Source of the DNA: Chiloscyllium plagiosum
Lineage: Eukaryota
Length of the DNA: 62,344 nt
NCBI RefSeq assembly: GCF_004010195.1
Contig: NC_057751.1
Location: 7,300,553-7,362,896 of the forward strand
Reading direction: 5' to 3'
Part shown: piece after piece, positions 11,305 to 23,210 of the stretch
How the letters are laid out: each line of letters opens with the position of its first letter
How positions within the stretch are numbered: position 1 is the first letter of the stretch
Program-made: the position numbers and the translations under genes
The notes under the pieces: model-generated
What the model was told of the DNA's origin: nothing
The model's database searches: none
What the model saw: only the letters and a program-made list of their open reading frames with translations

Positions 11305-11520
11305 TACCAGAAAAAAGGAACAGGAGGAAACCATTCAACCCCTTGAGTCCTGTTCTGCCACCCAATGAGATGGTATCTGGTCTGTGCCTTAGCACTAGCC
11401 ATCTGCCTTGGTGACTGATCTTCGCTGGTGAAAATCTGGCAATCTCAGCTTTGAAATTTTCAAGTGGTTTCATATCTTGTGGTTCTAATGGAAGAATTTC
11501 ACATTTTGACCAACCTATGA
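11305..11520 (-). mobile_element. Old CR1 3' tail fragment
   Basis: aaaaggaacaggaggaaaccattcaaccccttgag.. tail; ORF ..LENFKAEIARF.. Confidence 0.6.
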
Positions 11521-12364
11521 TATGTGGCAAGTTTTATCCCTATTGCATGTGTATCCGCAGAAACAGTTAGTGATCAAAAATCAGCTCGAGTTCCTTTATT
11601 CTGCAATTTGTGCTTGTGGGCGAGGTTGCAACCAACTGGATTACCCACCTATCCACATGCCATTCAGCCCAGCACTGAATAAGTAGCCAGCAGTCACTCT
11701 GGATTCACACATGTGGATTGATTGCTTGACTAAGTTGTTGAATCACATCTGATGCTCTGATCTGTACTTGCAGGTCAGAACCTTTGGTACAAATGTGAAG
11801 TAAATCATAACATGTTCTCCATGTGGGAATTGTGGACTTATTGGGCTGAAGAACCTGTTGCCACACTGCAGGGATTCAATAAAAAAAAGTGAATCAGAGC
11901 TGATGAAAAACAAAAGCAAGAATAGGTAATTTGAGGGAGCACATCTTTCTCAATTACATTTGAAAAATTTAATTACACTGTAAATTCTCAAACAACGCCT
12001 GCCAAATAAATTATTTTTTTACTGGAGAAACATAATATTAAGTGCAGAATCCTGATACTGTTCTGACTAAATGATTGAAATGACAAGAAAGACAGATGCT
12101 CAAGGTTTTGCTATTGAAACAATCCACTATGCACACTGACAAAGAACTCCTTCTTCCAGTCCTGTGATTGGAAATGTTTACACTGGCTTTCTCATGGTCC
12201 ACATGATGCACTGTAGAATCTCAGAACAACAAGAGCTTGCAGTCATATCACTCCTGTAACATCACACAATGTCCTAGATGCTTAGCAGCATGCAATGAAA
12301 CAAAATTCGCCTCAGAATGAAAAGTGTTCCAATCCAGTTCCTTTCATTCCACGATCAAGCACAA

Positions 12365-12640
12365 TAAAGCTGCAGGAACAAGTCCACATTGATTTCTCTT
12401 TAGTGGAAGGGAAGTACCTGGTCTTGGTTGATAACTATAGCAAGTGGATAAATGCTGACTCCATGCCCAAAACCACAAGTGCCAAAACAATTGTGGTTTT
12501 GAGAGAATTTTTTTGCAATTCAGGGGCTGCCAGGGGTGTTGGTCTCTGATAAGGATCCAGTTTATGTCAGAAGAGTATGTGAAATACTTCTAAGTAGGAA
12601 TGGAATCAAACAGATGAAGACCACCACATCACCCAGCACT
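12365..12640 (+). pseudogene. Gypsy-type integrase core remnant
   Basis: ..QVHIDFSLVEGKYLVLVDNYSKWINA..TTSAKTIVVLREFF.. followed by frameshifted LVSDK.. and ..NGIKQMKT. Confidence 0.8.
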
Positions 12641-12910
12641 GAATATTAAATCACAGCTCAGTTCACCCTTTCAACTAGATGTACTACACTGGCCTGTAAG
12701 TGGCAGTACTTTGAAGAATAGCATATTTATTCCCAGAACCAAGATCCCTGAAAGACATTAAATGCTCATTGTCATACGGCTGTTTGTATGATCTTATTAT
12801 ACTTGAGCTGTATATTTCTGTCATTCAAAGTGCATTTCCCTTCAATTTAATTAATTGGCTTAAAGCATTCTTGGACATCTTGAGATCATGAAAGGGCTCT
12901 ATCAATGATT
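12630..12910 (+). mobile_element. Degraded Deu-domain SINE (SacSINE1/AmnSINE-like)
   Basis: ..cattgtcatacggctgtttgtatgatctt..attggcttaaagcattcttggacatcttgagatcatgaaagg.. matches the Deu SINE 3' half as recalled. Confidence 0.5.
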
Positions 12911-12924
12911 TGTTGACATGCACT

Positions 12925-13165
12925 TCTTTGAGTTTAGGAAGTTGAGGGGTGATCTAAATGAGGGATTTAAGGGGTTTCTATTTACTGTGGTGGATGGAAT
13001 CCAGTTCAAAAAGGTATAATCCTCATTAGATCTCAGCCATTTTGGAGTGAAATCAGAAAGCACTTTTACCAGGAGACAGTAGTTGACATTTGGAACTCTG
13101 CCTGAAAATGCTGTTGTGCAGGAAAAAAAGTTATTTTTAATGTTAATAAATTATCTGATAAAGTT
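12925..13165 (+). mobile_element. Old CR1 3' fragment
   Basis: gagtttaggaagttgaggggtgatcta..ttggaactctgcctgaaaatgctg. Confidence 0.55.
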
Positions 13166-13177
13166 ATCAAGGAAGAG

Positions 13178-13400
13178 TGAGATAATTGCACAGACGCTGG
13201 TATCCCATCACCAAGTCGCTCTTTATTTATGTATGCACAGTACATGGGTTCTCACTAGCCAGCTCAGAGCCAGTCTGTAGAGCGAGGAGCCCTTCTGAAT
13301 CTCCTGTTTGTATGTCCACCAGGGCTGCATGATTGGCCCAGGATAACAGCCCCAATTGAGGAACTCATACTCAACATGATCCACCTGGATCTCATTCCAC
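13178..13400 (-). mobile_element. Short solo LTR (same family as 7077)
   Basis: tgagataattgcacag..tatcccatcaccaagtc..ctttattt..gattggcccagg. Confidence 0.65.
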
Positions 13401-13444
13401 CGGATGCAGATCGGGCATATTGACATATACCGAATTGTAAATAC

Positions 13445-16359
13445 GTCATAGAGGTGTACAGTACAGCACAGAAATAGACCCTTCGATCCAACCCATCCAT
13501 GCCTACCAGATATCCCAACCCAATCTAGTCCCACCAGCCAGCACCCGGCCCATATCCCTCCAAACCCTTCCTAATCATGTATCCGTCCAAATGCCTTTTA
13601 AAAGTTGCGATTGTACCAGCCTCCACCACTTCCTCTGGCAGCTCATTCCATACACATACCACCCTCTGCGTGAAAAAGTTGCCCCTTAGATCTGTTTTAT
13701 ATCTTTCCCCTTTCACCCTAATCCTATGCCCTCTCGTTCTGGACTCCCCGACCCCAGGGAAAAGACTTTGCCTGTTTACCCTATCCATGCGCTTCATGAT
13801 TTTAAACCTCTATTAGGTCACCCCTCAGCCTCCGACGCTCCAGGAAAAACGGCCCCAGCCTGTTCAGCCTCTCCCGATAGCTGAAATCCTTCAACCCTGG
13901 CAACATACTTGTAAACCTTTTCTGAACACTTTCAAGTTTCACGACATCTTTCCGAGAGGAAGGAGACCAGAATTTCACCCAATATTCCAACACTGGCCTA
14001 ACCAACGTCCTGTACAGCCGTAACATGACCTCCCAACTTCTGTACTCCATGCTCTGGCCAATAAAGGAAAGCATACCAAACGCCATCTTCACTATCCTAT
14101 CTACCTGCGACTCCACTTTCAAGGAGCTATGAACCTGCACTCCAAGGTCTCTGTTCAGCAATACTCCCTATGAACTTACCATTAAGTGTATGAGTCCTGC
14201 TAAGATTTGCTTTCCCAAAATGCAGCATCTCGCATTTATCTGAATTAAACTCCATCTACCACTTCTCAGCCCATTGGCCCATCTGATCAAGATCCTGCTG
14301 TAATCTGAGGTAACCTTTTTCGCTGTCCACTACACCTCCAATTTTGGGGTCACCTGCAAACTTACTAAGTATATCTCTTATCCTCGCATCCAAATCATTT
14401 ATATAAATGATGAAAAGAAGTGGACCCAGCACCGATCCTAGTGGCACTCCACTGGTCATAGGCCTCCAGTCTGAAAAACAACCCTCCACCATCACCCTCT
14501 GTCTTCTGCTTTTGAGCCAGTTCTGTACTCAAATGGCTAGTTCTCTCTGTATTCTGTGAGATCTAACCTTGCTACCCAGTGTCCCATGGGGAACCTTGTC
14601 AAACGCCTTACTGAAGTCCATATAGATCACACCTACCGCTTTGCCCTCATCAATCCTCTTTGAAGTTTGTGAGACATGATTTCCCACGCACAAATCCATG
14701 TTGACTATCCCTAATCAGTCCTTGCCTTTCCAAATACATGTACATCCTGTCCCTCAGGATTCCCTCCAACAACTTGCCCACCACCGACGCCAGGCTCACT
14801 GGTTTATAGTTCCCTGGCTTGTCCTTAGTACCTTTCCTAAACAGTGGCACTATGTTTGCCAACCTCCAGTCTTCTGGCACCTCACCTGTGACTACCGATA
14901 ATAGAAATATTTCAGTAAGAGGTCCAGCAATCACTTCCCAAGTCTCCCACAGAGTTCTAGGTTATACCTGATCAGGATTTGGGGCTTTATCCATCTTTAT
15001 GCATTTCAAGACATTCAGCACTTCCTCTTTTGTAATATGGACATTTTTCAAGATGTAACCATCTATTTCCCTACATCCTATATCTTCCATATCTTTTTTC
15101 ACAGTAAATACTGATGCAAAATACTCGTTTAGTATTTCCCCTGTTTTCTGCAGCTTCACACAGGGCTGCCTTATTGATCTTTGAGGGGCCCTATCCTCTT
15201 CTGGGTTACTCCTTTGTCCTTATTGTATTTGTAAAAACCCTTTGGATTTTTCTTAACTCTTTTTGCCAAAACTATCTCATGTCCCCTTTTTGCCCTCCTG
15301 ATCTCTGTCTTAAGTATACTCCTTCTGTCTTTATACTCTTCTAAGGATTCACTTGATCTATCCTGTCTATACCTTATATATGCTTCCTTCTTTTTCTTAA
15401 CCAAACCCTCAATTTCTTTAGTCATCCAGCATTCCCTATACCTACCAGCCTTTCCTTTCACCCTGACAGGAATATATTTTCTCTGGATTCTCGTTATCTC
15501 ATTTCTGAAGGCTTCCCATTTTCCAGCTGTCCCTTTACCTCCGAACGTCTACCTCCAATCAGCTTTCGAAAGTTCTTGCCTAATACCATCAAAATTGGCC
15601 TTTCTCCAATTTAGAACTTTTAGATCTTGTCATGTCCTTTTCTATCACTATTTTAAATCTAAAAGAATTGTGGTCGCTGGCCCCACTGACACCTCAGTCA
15701 CCTGCCCTGCCTTATTTCCCAAGAGTAGGTCAAGTTTTACACCTTCTCCAGTAGGTACACCCACATACTGAATCAGAAATTTTCTTGTACACGCTTAACA
15801 GATCCCTCTCCATCTAAACCCTTAACACTACGGCAGTCCCAGTCTATGTTTGGAAAGTTAAAATCCCCTCCCGTAACCACTCTATTATTCTTACAGATAG
15901 CTGAAATCTCCTTACAAGTTTATTTCTCAATTTCCCTCTGACTACTAGGGTGTCTGTCCCAGTAAGGTGATGATCCCTTTCTTGTTTCTCAGTTCCACCC
16001 AAATAACTTCCCTGGATGTATTTCCAGGAATATCCTCCCTAAACACAGCTGTAATGCTATCCCTTATCAAAAACGCCACTCCCCCTCCTCTCTTGCCTCC
16101 CTTTGTATCCTTCCTGTAGCATTTGTATCCTGGAACATTAAGCTGCCAGTCCTGTCCATCTCCTGTAATTGCTATGATATCCCAGTCCCATGTTCCTAAC
16201 CATGCCCTGAGTTCATCTGCCTTCCCTGTTAGGCCCCTTGCATTGTAATAAATGCAGTTAATTTATTAGTCCTACCTTGTCCCTGCCTGCCCTGACCATT
16301 TGACTTGCTTCTGTTCTCAACTGTACCAGTCTCAGATTGATCTCTTTCCTCACTATCTC
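13445..16359 (-). mobile_element. CR1 (HER1-like) LINE covering nearly all of ORF2, disrupted
   Basis: Consecutive ORF pieces: ..PEDWRLANIVPLFRKG..PGNYKPVSL..QHGFVRGKSCLTN.., ..SGVPLGSVLGPLLFIIYINDLD..SKFAGD.., and the C-terminus with tail gtcatagag. Confidence 0.95.
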
Positions 16360-16456
16360 CTGATTAAGGGCTTTTGCCCGAAACGTCGATTTTACGGCTC
16401 GGATGCTGCCTGAACTGCTGTGCTTTTCCAGCACCACTCTAATCTAGAATCTGGAT
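16358..16456 (+). mobile_element. Half of a palindromic Penelope-derived element with a mutated hammerhead core
   Basis: cCTGATTAaGGGCttttGCCCGAAACGTCgatttt..ggatgctgcctgaactgctgtgcttttccagcaccactc. Confidence 0.8.
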
Positions 16457-18680
16457 CTGACCAAGAACATGTGGGATGCAAAGAGGAAATCTATCCTTAA
16501 GCAGTAGACCCATCTGGCTGCAATCTGGTGTATCGACAGTATGCTTTGTCTGTCGAGTACTGAAGATGTCAAGCAGCTTGGCAACTTTAACCACTTCCAT
16601 CAGGACTTTAGATGTGACATCTGGTTTGCTGTCAGCCCCTCTCGATCATCCATCCTCATTGACGATGCGGTTGAAGTCTCCAGCCAGAATGACCAGCCTG
16701 GACATCGTCTGCAGCAGTGGCAGCTCTGCAAGTCGGCCAGCTGCTCTCTTATTAGCACCAGGGCATACACATGAATGAGACTCGGGAGCATTTCTGTATA
16801 TAATGTCTCTACAAGGAGGCACCCGCCCACCACCACCTTAAGTTCAGAACTGTTGAAGTTGCCTCCTCGCAGCAGAATACCGAAGCCGGAGGATTGACAA
16901 TTTGTTCCCTCCAACCAAATTGAAGGTCCGTGGGCCTATAAGCTTGACCGTTTCCAGTAGCTGCTGAGGTCTGGTATCCTCCACTCCTGCAGAAACAGTA
17001 GGTCTGCTTTGGTGTTGGCCACGTAAGTTAACGTGAAAAGACATTGCATGGTAGATTTAATGCCATACACATGAATGTTGGGAATTTTAAAACTTTATTA
17101 TACATAGACCCAATGTGCGTTTGCCTGTAATCTTGTCACTGGGGGGACTCCCTACCTACCTGTGGGGTGGGCGAACTCCGCACTGATGTAGCCGTTCTGT
17201 TCCTTGCTGGGAGGATTGCCCTGGTCCAGTGTCGTTGGGGTGAGAACAAAGCAAGGAAGGTCCAATTTGGAGTCTGACGGATGAGCTGTCATGCTCGGCT
17301 CCAGATTCAGAGCATCGCTGCTCCCAGTTGCCCGGACCTGTGGTGTGGTGGGTACCCCTTGGTTCTCGATAGCTGGAGGTTGGCCTGACCTGTCCCTTTG
17401 CCACGTCCGATGTTTCCAGGTTGGGATGTTGTTCCCATCCTTCTCTCCCATGGTGCTGTGCCCCTTTATTTTGTTGGTGGCCATCTGTTTGCATATCTTC
17501 ATCATCAGAAGAACTGCTGGTGTGTTTATTATGTAGCCAGATGTCTTTTCCTTTTGCGGTTCTTGTTCAGTGATATCCATTCCCCGCCTTCTTCATTTGC
17601 TCCTCCTCTGTTGATTCCTTTTGTTCAGGTGGTGGTTAGGTCGGTTGATGTGCCTCCATACTGGCTACCTTTTCCTCACCTCCAGACTGTACCACCTCCT
17701 AGGTGCTCCTGGAGCGTGACACCTTACTATCCTTTGGGGTGCATGGCTCACATGGCTGTTTGCAGCCATCTGAGTTTATGTGGCACCCCTCCACCCATTC
17801 TTGGGCAGGCTTTGTACAAGTGGCCTGCTTTCCCACACAGGTTGTGGTTCTTTGACTCGTTGCAGTCTTTAGTCAGGTGGCTCTCCTGTTTGGACTTCCT
17901 GCAGAGGGTCACTTTTCAGTCAGCTGCCATGTGCCCTGACATCCTGCAGATTCGATGCACTCCAGGCTGCTCTGTGTTTATCAGGTAACTTCGGCTTCCT
18001 CCAATCGTGAAGCTGGAAGGCGAATGCAGGATGTTCCTACTAGCATCCACCTTCAGGGTCACCTTGATCTACTGCTTGCTGGTCCAGATCCAGATTCCAA
18101 ATGGGTTCACATGTTAGCGCTGCCCCCTTCAAGTTGTCAGGTTGTATATGTGAATTGTAACAACCCGGTTCCTCTGTGCAGGTAGAATGAACAGTGGTAC
18201 CATTGACAGGATGGAGAGGGGACCTTCTCCTCAACTTCCTTCATGAGATGCTCCCGTTGCTCCTGAAGGTGACATTGAAATAGCCCCTCTTGGGGAAATC
18301 CTGTGGACAGAAAATATCTGCTGCTTGGACCTGCAGCAATCAGGAGGACTCTATTCAGGAAGAGGTTATAGTCAACCGGCGATCCTTCGTCTACCACTTT
18401 GACAGCCACCCTGACTATATTTCAGACTCCCTGATCTGGGCTGTGGGCACTACCAGAAGCCAATGCACTGTTTAGCTGGTCACTGGTTTGGCATTAGACA
18501 GAAGCCAGTATAAAGATCCACCAGTTACAGCTCAGCTCAACCAATGATCCTCCAAGTTCTGCTCTCAATCACAATCCAGCGATGATCTCATTCTGATGTT
18601 GAAGATTCTCAGCTCAAACTCATCCTGGGGCAAACACCTTCCCGAGAGAAAACAGGGCTTGGAAATATAGCAACTATAAT
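16457..18680 (-). mobile_element. Tx1-clade LINE 5' half (ORF1 with three CCHC knuckles, ORF2 APE endonuclease); RT missing
   Basis: ORF1 remnant ..FGIWIWTSKQ*IKVTLKVD..LHSPSSFTIGGSRSYLI..QPGVHRICRMSGHMAAD*..CRKSKQESHLTKDC..NLCGKAGHLYKACP; ORF2 ..ADLLFLQE..SGFGILL..LIHVYA..VILAGDFN.. Confidence 0.85.
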
Positions 18681-19344
18681 TTTTTTTTAATGGTATAGCC
18701 TCATCCTGGGAGAACCCTTTTTTATTTCGAAATTTTATCTTATCCATAAAACTATGTCTATATATGTACATAATCATTGAAACAGTTCAGTTCTGTATAG
18801 TGGCATATGAAGAAACAAAGAAACATTGGAGTTTGACTGTCCACTGTAATTGTATGATCTCTTTTCCCTTCCTGTATTGCACTGTATCACCTACGAGCTA
18901 ATGCAATGTACAATCCTCAGCACCTCTACTAATCAGTATTCCTGACTTTGTTGTCTTCTCACAACAGATAATGACCAATATACAGGCAGTAATAAATTAA
19001 ACTACCAATAGCAGGCACAATCTGAGCTCTTTTATAAAGTCCTAGCCTGTGCCTGTTCATTTCCTGACATCTCATTTAAATTACTGTAGGTCACTCCGGC
19101 CTCTTGACAAGATTAATGAAACAGGAAATGAGAGTCTTGAAACAGCAGAGCTGAACTTTGAATTTTCCAACCCACCTTTTCTGAATATGTTCAAGTTGTG
19201 ATTGACCTTATACGAGACTCATCACCAAATGCAAACATCATTTGTCCACTGTCAGTTTAATTTTTTAGTTTTCCAATTTTCTCTCTATCTTTTCCAATTG
19301 GGCTGTGGTCCACCAGGTATGGTTGCCCATTTGATACTTTACTG

Positions 19345-19660
19345 ATGAAATGGTAGTGTCACTGGATGAAAAGTCCAGAGGCCTGTACCACTATTATGCA
19401 CATGTGGATTCAAATCCCATCACAGGAGTCATGATGGTGAGCATGACAGTTGTTCCTGAAAATCAGTGATTTACACATGTCCTTTCGGGAAGTAAATCTG
19501 CTGTCCTTACTTGGTCTGGCCTGCATGTAACTTCAGGCCTTTAGCTTATGTTATTGAGTCTGAAATGCAAGAACCAGCAAGATTTTGAGTTCAAGGGCCT
19601 TAGAGATGGGCTACGAAATGTGCCCTTGCCATCAACACTCGTGTCACCGGAAAGAATTTT
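19345..19660 (+). mobile_element. Old tRNA-derived SINE (shark family sharing a LINE tail)
   Basis: tggtagtgtcactgga..ggattcaaatccca B-box; ..aaatctgctgtccttacttggtctggcctgcatg.. body; homologous to 47085-47420. Confidence 0.6.
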
Positions 19661-20769
19661 TAAAATTCATTTTGTCCTTTCAATGGGAGGCTTGTGGGCT
19701 TGTTGCCAATGGAATTATTACAGTTGAGCATACATACTGCCCATATTTAACCTCTATGTTCTTCAGCAGGATCACGATGAGAACATTGATTGTGTTGATT
19801 ATTTTACCTCATGCTTTCTTCTCACAATGTAGTTAATGCAGCAGAATAGATTTTAAAGCATCATGAGGGCTTGGAACGAAGATGAACAGATGCTAGAAAT
19901 AACGATTTGACTTGCATACCGTTCTCTTGCTCCAGCCTGCACCCAAACCACAAGACATCAGGGATATCTAATAACACTACGTAAAATGGTTGTCAATCAC
20001 TTCAGGCCAACACAGGCTGAATGTGGGGTAGGGTGGGATGACGTGACAGTGCTCCAGGTAAGCTGAGAGGGCCTTTGGCTCCACCTACCTACTAGGTACA
20101 GCAGAAGATAGTGTAAATTCCCATGATGAGATACTTCCCACAACAAAACACCCACTCTCCTCGCAGCCAAGCATGCACTGAGAGCAGCCCAGTTGTGAAA
20201 GCCACTTTTATTGCAGATTTTAAATCCTGAGGAACAATTTGCTCAAAAGGGAGTTGGGTACAGAGGAGTCCAGAGGCAGAATCGTTTGAATCTCTCGGCA
20301 TTTGAATCAAATTGGAATATCTTGGCCCATTTCCATTCTGGAAGCAGACATCACCACCTTACAAGACACACTGCAGGTACTTACGTGGCCTCATGAGATT
20401 TGTCACTTGAAAGGACTACAGTGACTTTTCCAGGTGCATGTCAACCCTTGAAGTGATGTATGGAATAAAATATATTAAAAACTTGGGTGTCAGTTACAGG
20501 TTGGAAATTGACCTCAGATGAGATCAGATATCAGTCTTGAAATCACTCAAGGGGAGTTATGGCATCTTTTTTGGCAGGGCTTGATTTCATTAATTTTGAA
20601 CCCATAATTAGCTGCGATTTGCAGATTGCCACAGCCAGCACATTCAGTTGTCTTGTATTTTGAAATGTTAGCTGTGACAATACCTGAATTGTAAAATCCT
20701 CCTCATTGTCTTTCAATTGCACCATGATCATGTATTTTCATGATGCCCCTTTCAGCACATGTTTAGAAG

Positions 20770-21050
20770 TATTTGTTTTCCTCTGAATCTGGCCTCTTGG
20801 GCATGCCCTATTTTCCTTGCTCCATCTTTGGCTGCCATGCTTTCGGCCGTCTTGGCTCAAACCTCTGAATTACTTGCCTTGCCACTCCCAATTCTCTGCT
20901 TCCCTCTGCACTTTTAAAATTGTTTTTGACCAAGCTTTTAGTCATTTACCTGATTTCTGATTCTTCAGGGCAGTACTAGCAAAAGTCAGACATGTCTTGC
21001 TTGTAATGCTTTAGTTAAGGACCATGAAACATTTTAATAATTAAATGTGG
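20770..21050 (+). mobile_element. L2-like LINE 3' end remnant
   Basis: ..ggctgccatgctttc..aaacctctgaattacttgcc..ttttgaccaagcttttagtcat.. shared with 37410 and 44940. Confidence 0.55.
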
Positions 21051-22119
21051 GCTCCAGGTATTTAGGCTGTTCACCACTGATATAGGTTTTCCGAAACAAA
21101 ACCTTAAAGAACCCCGTCTGGAAAGTAAATTCAACAATGAGTGATGAAACGACATGAACTTACCATGGTTCAGACGCTTCTTTCAACTCAAGGCCTTGTA
21201 CACTTCGGATCACTGGTCACCGAGCATCACATAAACATATGTTGTCTCTTTTATGAATGCAATTAGATTATAAGGTTGTGCTTCTGCTGTTTGTTAACAG
21301 TTAATCCCTTCCAAATCTCTGCGTCTGTGATCTCTCAACCTGACAGCAGCAGCCCTTCAATGCGAATTAATGAAAGGTTTCTGAGTCAAAACTGCTCTAA
21401 ATTTGTTTGAACCTTCCTTAGTGGATGGCTGCAGTTGAAAAGCCATTTTGAGGGTTTTTGCTGTGTCAATATTGTGTTAGTTCATGTTGTGTGTGAGCAT
21501 TGAAGGCACAGAGCGATTCAACATGCATGAAGGGCTCAATGCCGCAACTCACATTTGAGATATTTGGGCTATTTCTGTCTGGTACTTCAGCCTACAGTGA
21601 TGTTCATTCACAGCACAACAGTCTGTGAAGCCCCCCTACTTCCTCAGGTTGGAAATTTGCTGGGAACTGCCCAGCCCAGCAATTAACACCCAGCTTTGTT
21701 CGCAGTGATTGTTCGGTGAACATTTCATTGCCCCTTTATTGGCGCATTGCCCAAGGCAACTTGGATTAATGGTTGCTTTATTCTGCTGACAGTCAGGGTT
21801 TCTTCAGTCCAATCAGTGTCTATAAAGAGGATGTGTTCACTTTGAAACCTTATCTGAGATGAATATTTCTGACAGGTTGCAAATCAGCATGATTTTTGCC
21901 AATGCAAGTAGGCTAATTAGATTAATTTATTCAGCACAGGAAATTTACATAAATGCTTCAAGCATTACTTGTCAGTGGTTGCATAATGGCATAATTGAAT
22001 TCTGCTTGATATTAATGGTGACATTTCCAAGAAGATATTTTGTTCCCTGCTCCTTCTCTCCCATTGCAGATATATCTTGTTGACAAAAAAAGAGCAATAT
22101 ATCTCTGCCTTTTTGAGGA

Positions 22120-22327
22120 AAAACTGGTTATGTTACTGGACGAGTAATCCAAAACCGAAGACTAACAGTCAAGAGTTTACATTGTTTGAGAATTTGAATT
22201 TGGTTTACAAATAAATCTGAAAGTAACAGTAAATCTGAAATTATTCCTAAAAATCAACATGAAGCTATGAGACCATTGTAAAAATCCAGCTGGTTTCACT
22301 CATGTCCATCAGGGAAGAAAATCTAAT
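22120..22327 (+). mobile_element. Old tRNA-derived SINE fragment
   Basis: ggttatgttactggacgagtaatcca..ccattgtaaaaatccagctggtttcactcatgtcc..agggaagaaaatct. Confidence 0.5.
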
Positions 22328-22705
22328 GTAAAAGCAAAATAACATGAATGCTGCAAATTTGAAATAAAGATCAAAAAGAAATGCTGTAGATACTCATGTG
22401 GTCAAGAACACAGTTCATGTTTCAGGCCTGTGACCTTTTGTGAGAAGTAAACCTGGTGTCTCGGCCCCAGTGAAGTGAGTTGAAGTGAAGTGAAGTAAAG
22501 CAAGATATTCCCTTGTTGCAAGGCCCTTCTTCAACCAAGGATGAGCATTGAACACCGGCTTTGCCAATACTTGTGTGACAGGAATTCCTTATAAAAAGGG
22601 AACTGGTTTCCCAGTTGGGATTGCTGCTATTGTCTTGTTCATAAAAAGACAGAGGATTTGAATTCATTTTCTTTTTGAAGGGTCATTGCAATGAGAATTA
22701 GGGAA

Positions 22706-22898
22706 TGAAATAACTGCACAGAGGTCAGTATCCCATCACCCATTCACCCTTTATTTACTTGGACACAGTACATAGGCTGCAGCAGCTCGGAGTCAGTCCC
22801 CTGAACTGAGGATATTTAAAATCCCCTGTCAATATTGGTCAGCCAGTGTCTCCTGATTGGCCCAGGTTAATGAGGTCCACTTTGTTCCAATCACGACA
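22706..22898 (-). mobile_element. Short solo LTR with 4-bp TSD (ggaa)
   Basis: ggaa|TGaaataac...cacgaCA|ggaa; same family as 7077. Confidence 0.8.
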
Positions 22899-23104
22899 GG
22901 AAACTGCCATTAGAAGGAATATATCTTAGTGGACAGTTGACAGAAGCCCACCCTAACCTGAAGTGAGTATAGTGCTGGAGCAAAGTGCTTGGTAATGGGG
23001 GCAGATTAGGAAGTGTACATAATGGGCTTGATGGGAAGCAGTGCGAGAGAGTAAAGTGTGAGTAATTTCATATCACAAAATCATCTGTAGGGTTAGTCAT
23101 GTCT

Positions 23105-23210
23105 CAGTTCACTCCAAGTGTCGGCAATGGGACTAGTTTAAACTGGGGGGCATGGGCAAGTTGGATTGAAGGGCCTATTTCCATGCTGCTGACCTCTATG
23201 ACTCTAAACA
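23105..23210 (+). mobile_element. CR1 3' tail
   Basis: ..gaagggcctatttccatgctgctgacctctatgactcta. Confidence 0.65.

Noticed and set aside
17398..17988. Longest ORF in the window (196 aa, plus strand) as a host gene
   Set aside because: It is the antisense shadow of the Tx1 ORF1 remnant and has no recognisable domain.
17760..18420. Domesticated ZCCHC3 ortholog
   Set aside because: It has in-frame stops, frameshifts and degenerate knuckles, and is directly followed by an APE ORF2, so it is a dead retrotransposon.
21155..21250. Minus-strand donor ATG|GTAAGT as a coding exon end
   Set aside because: The acceptor is weak and all three frames contain stops.
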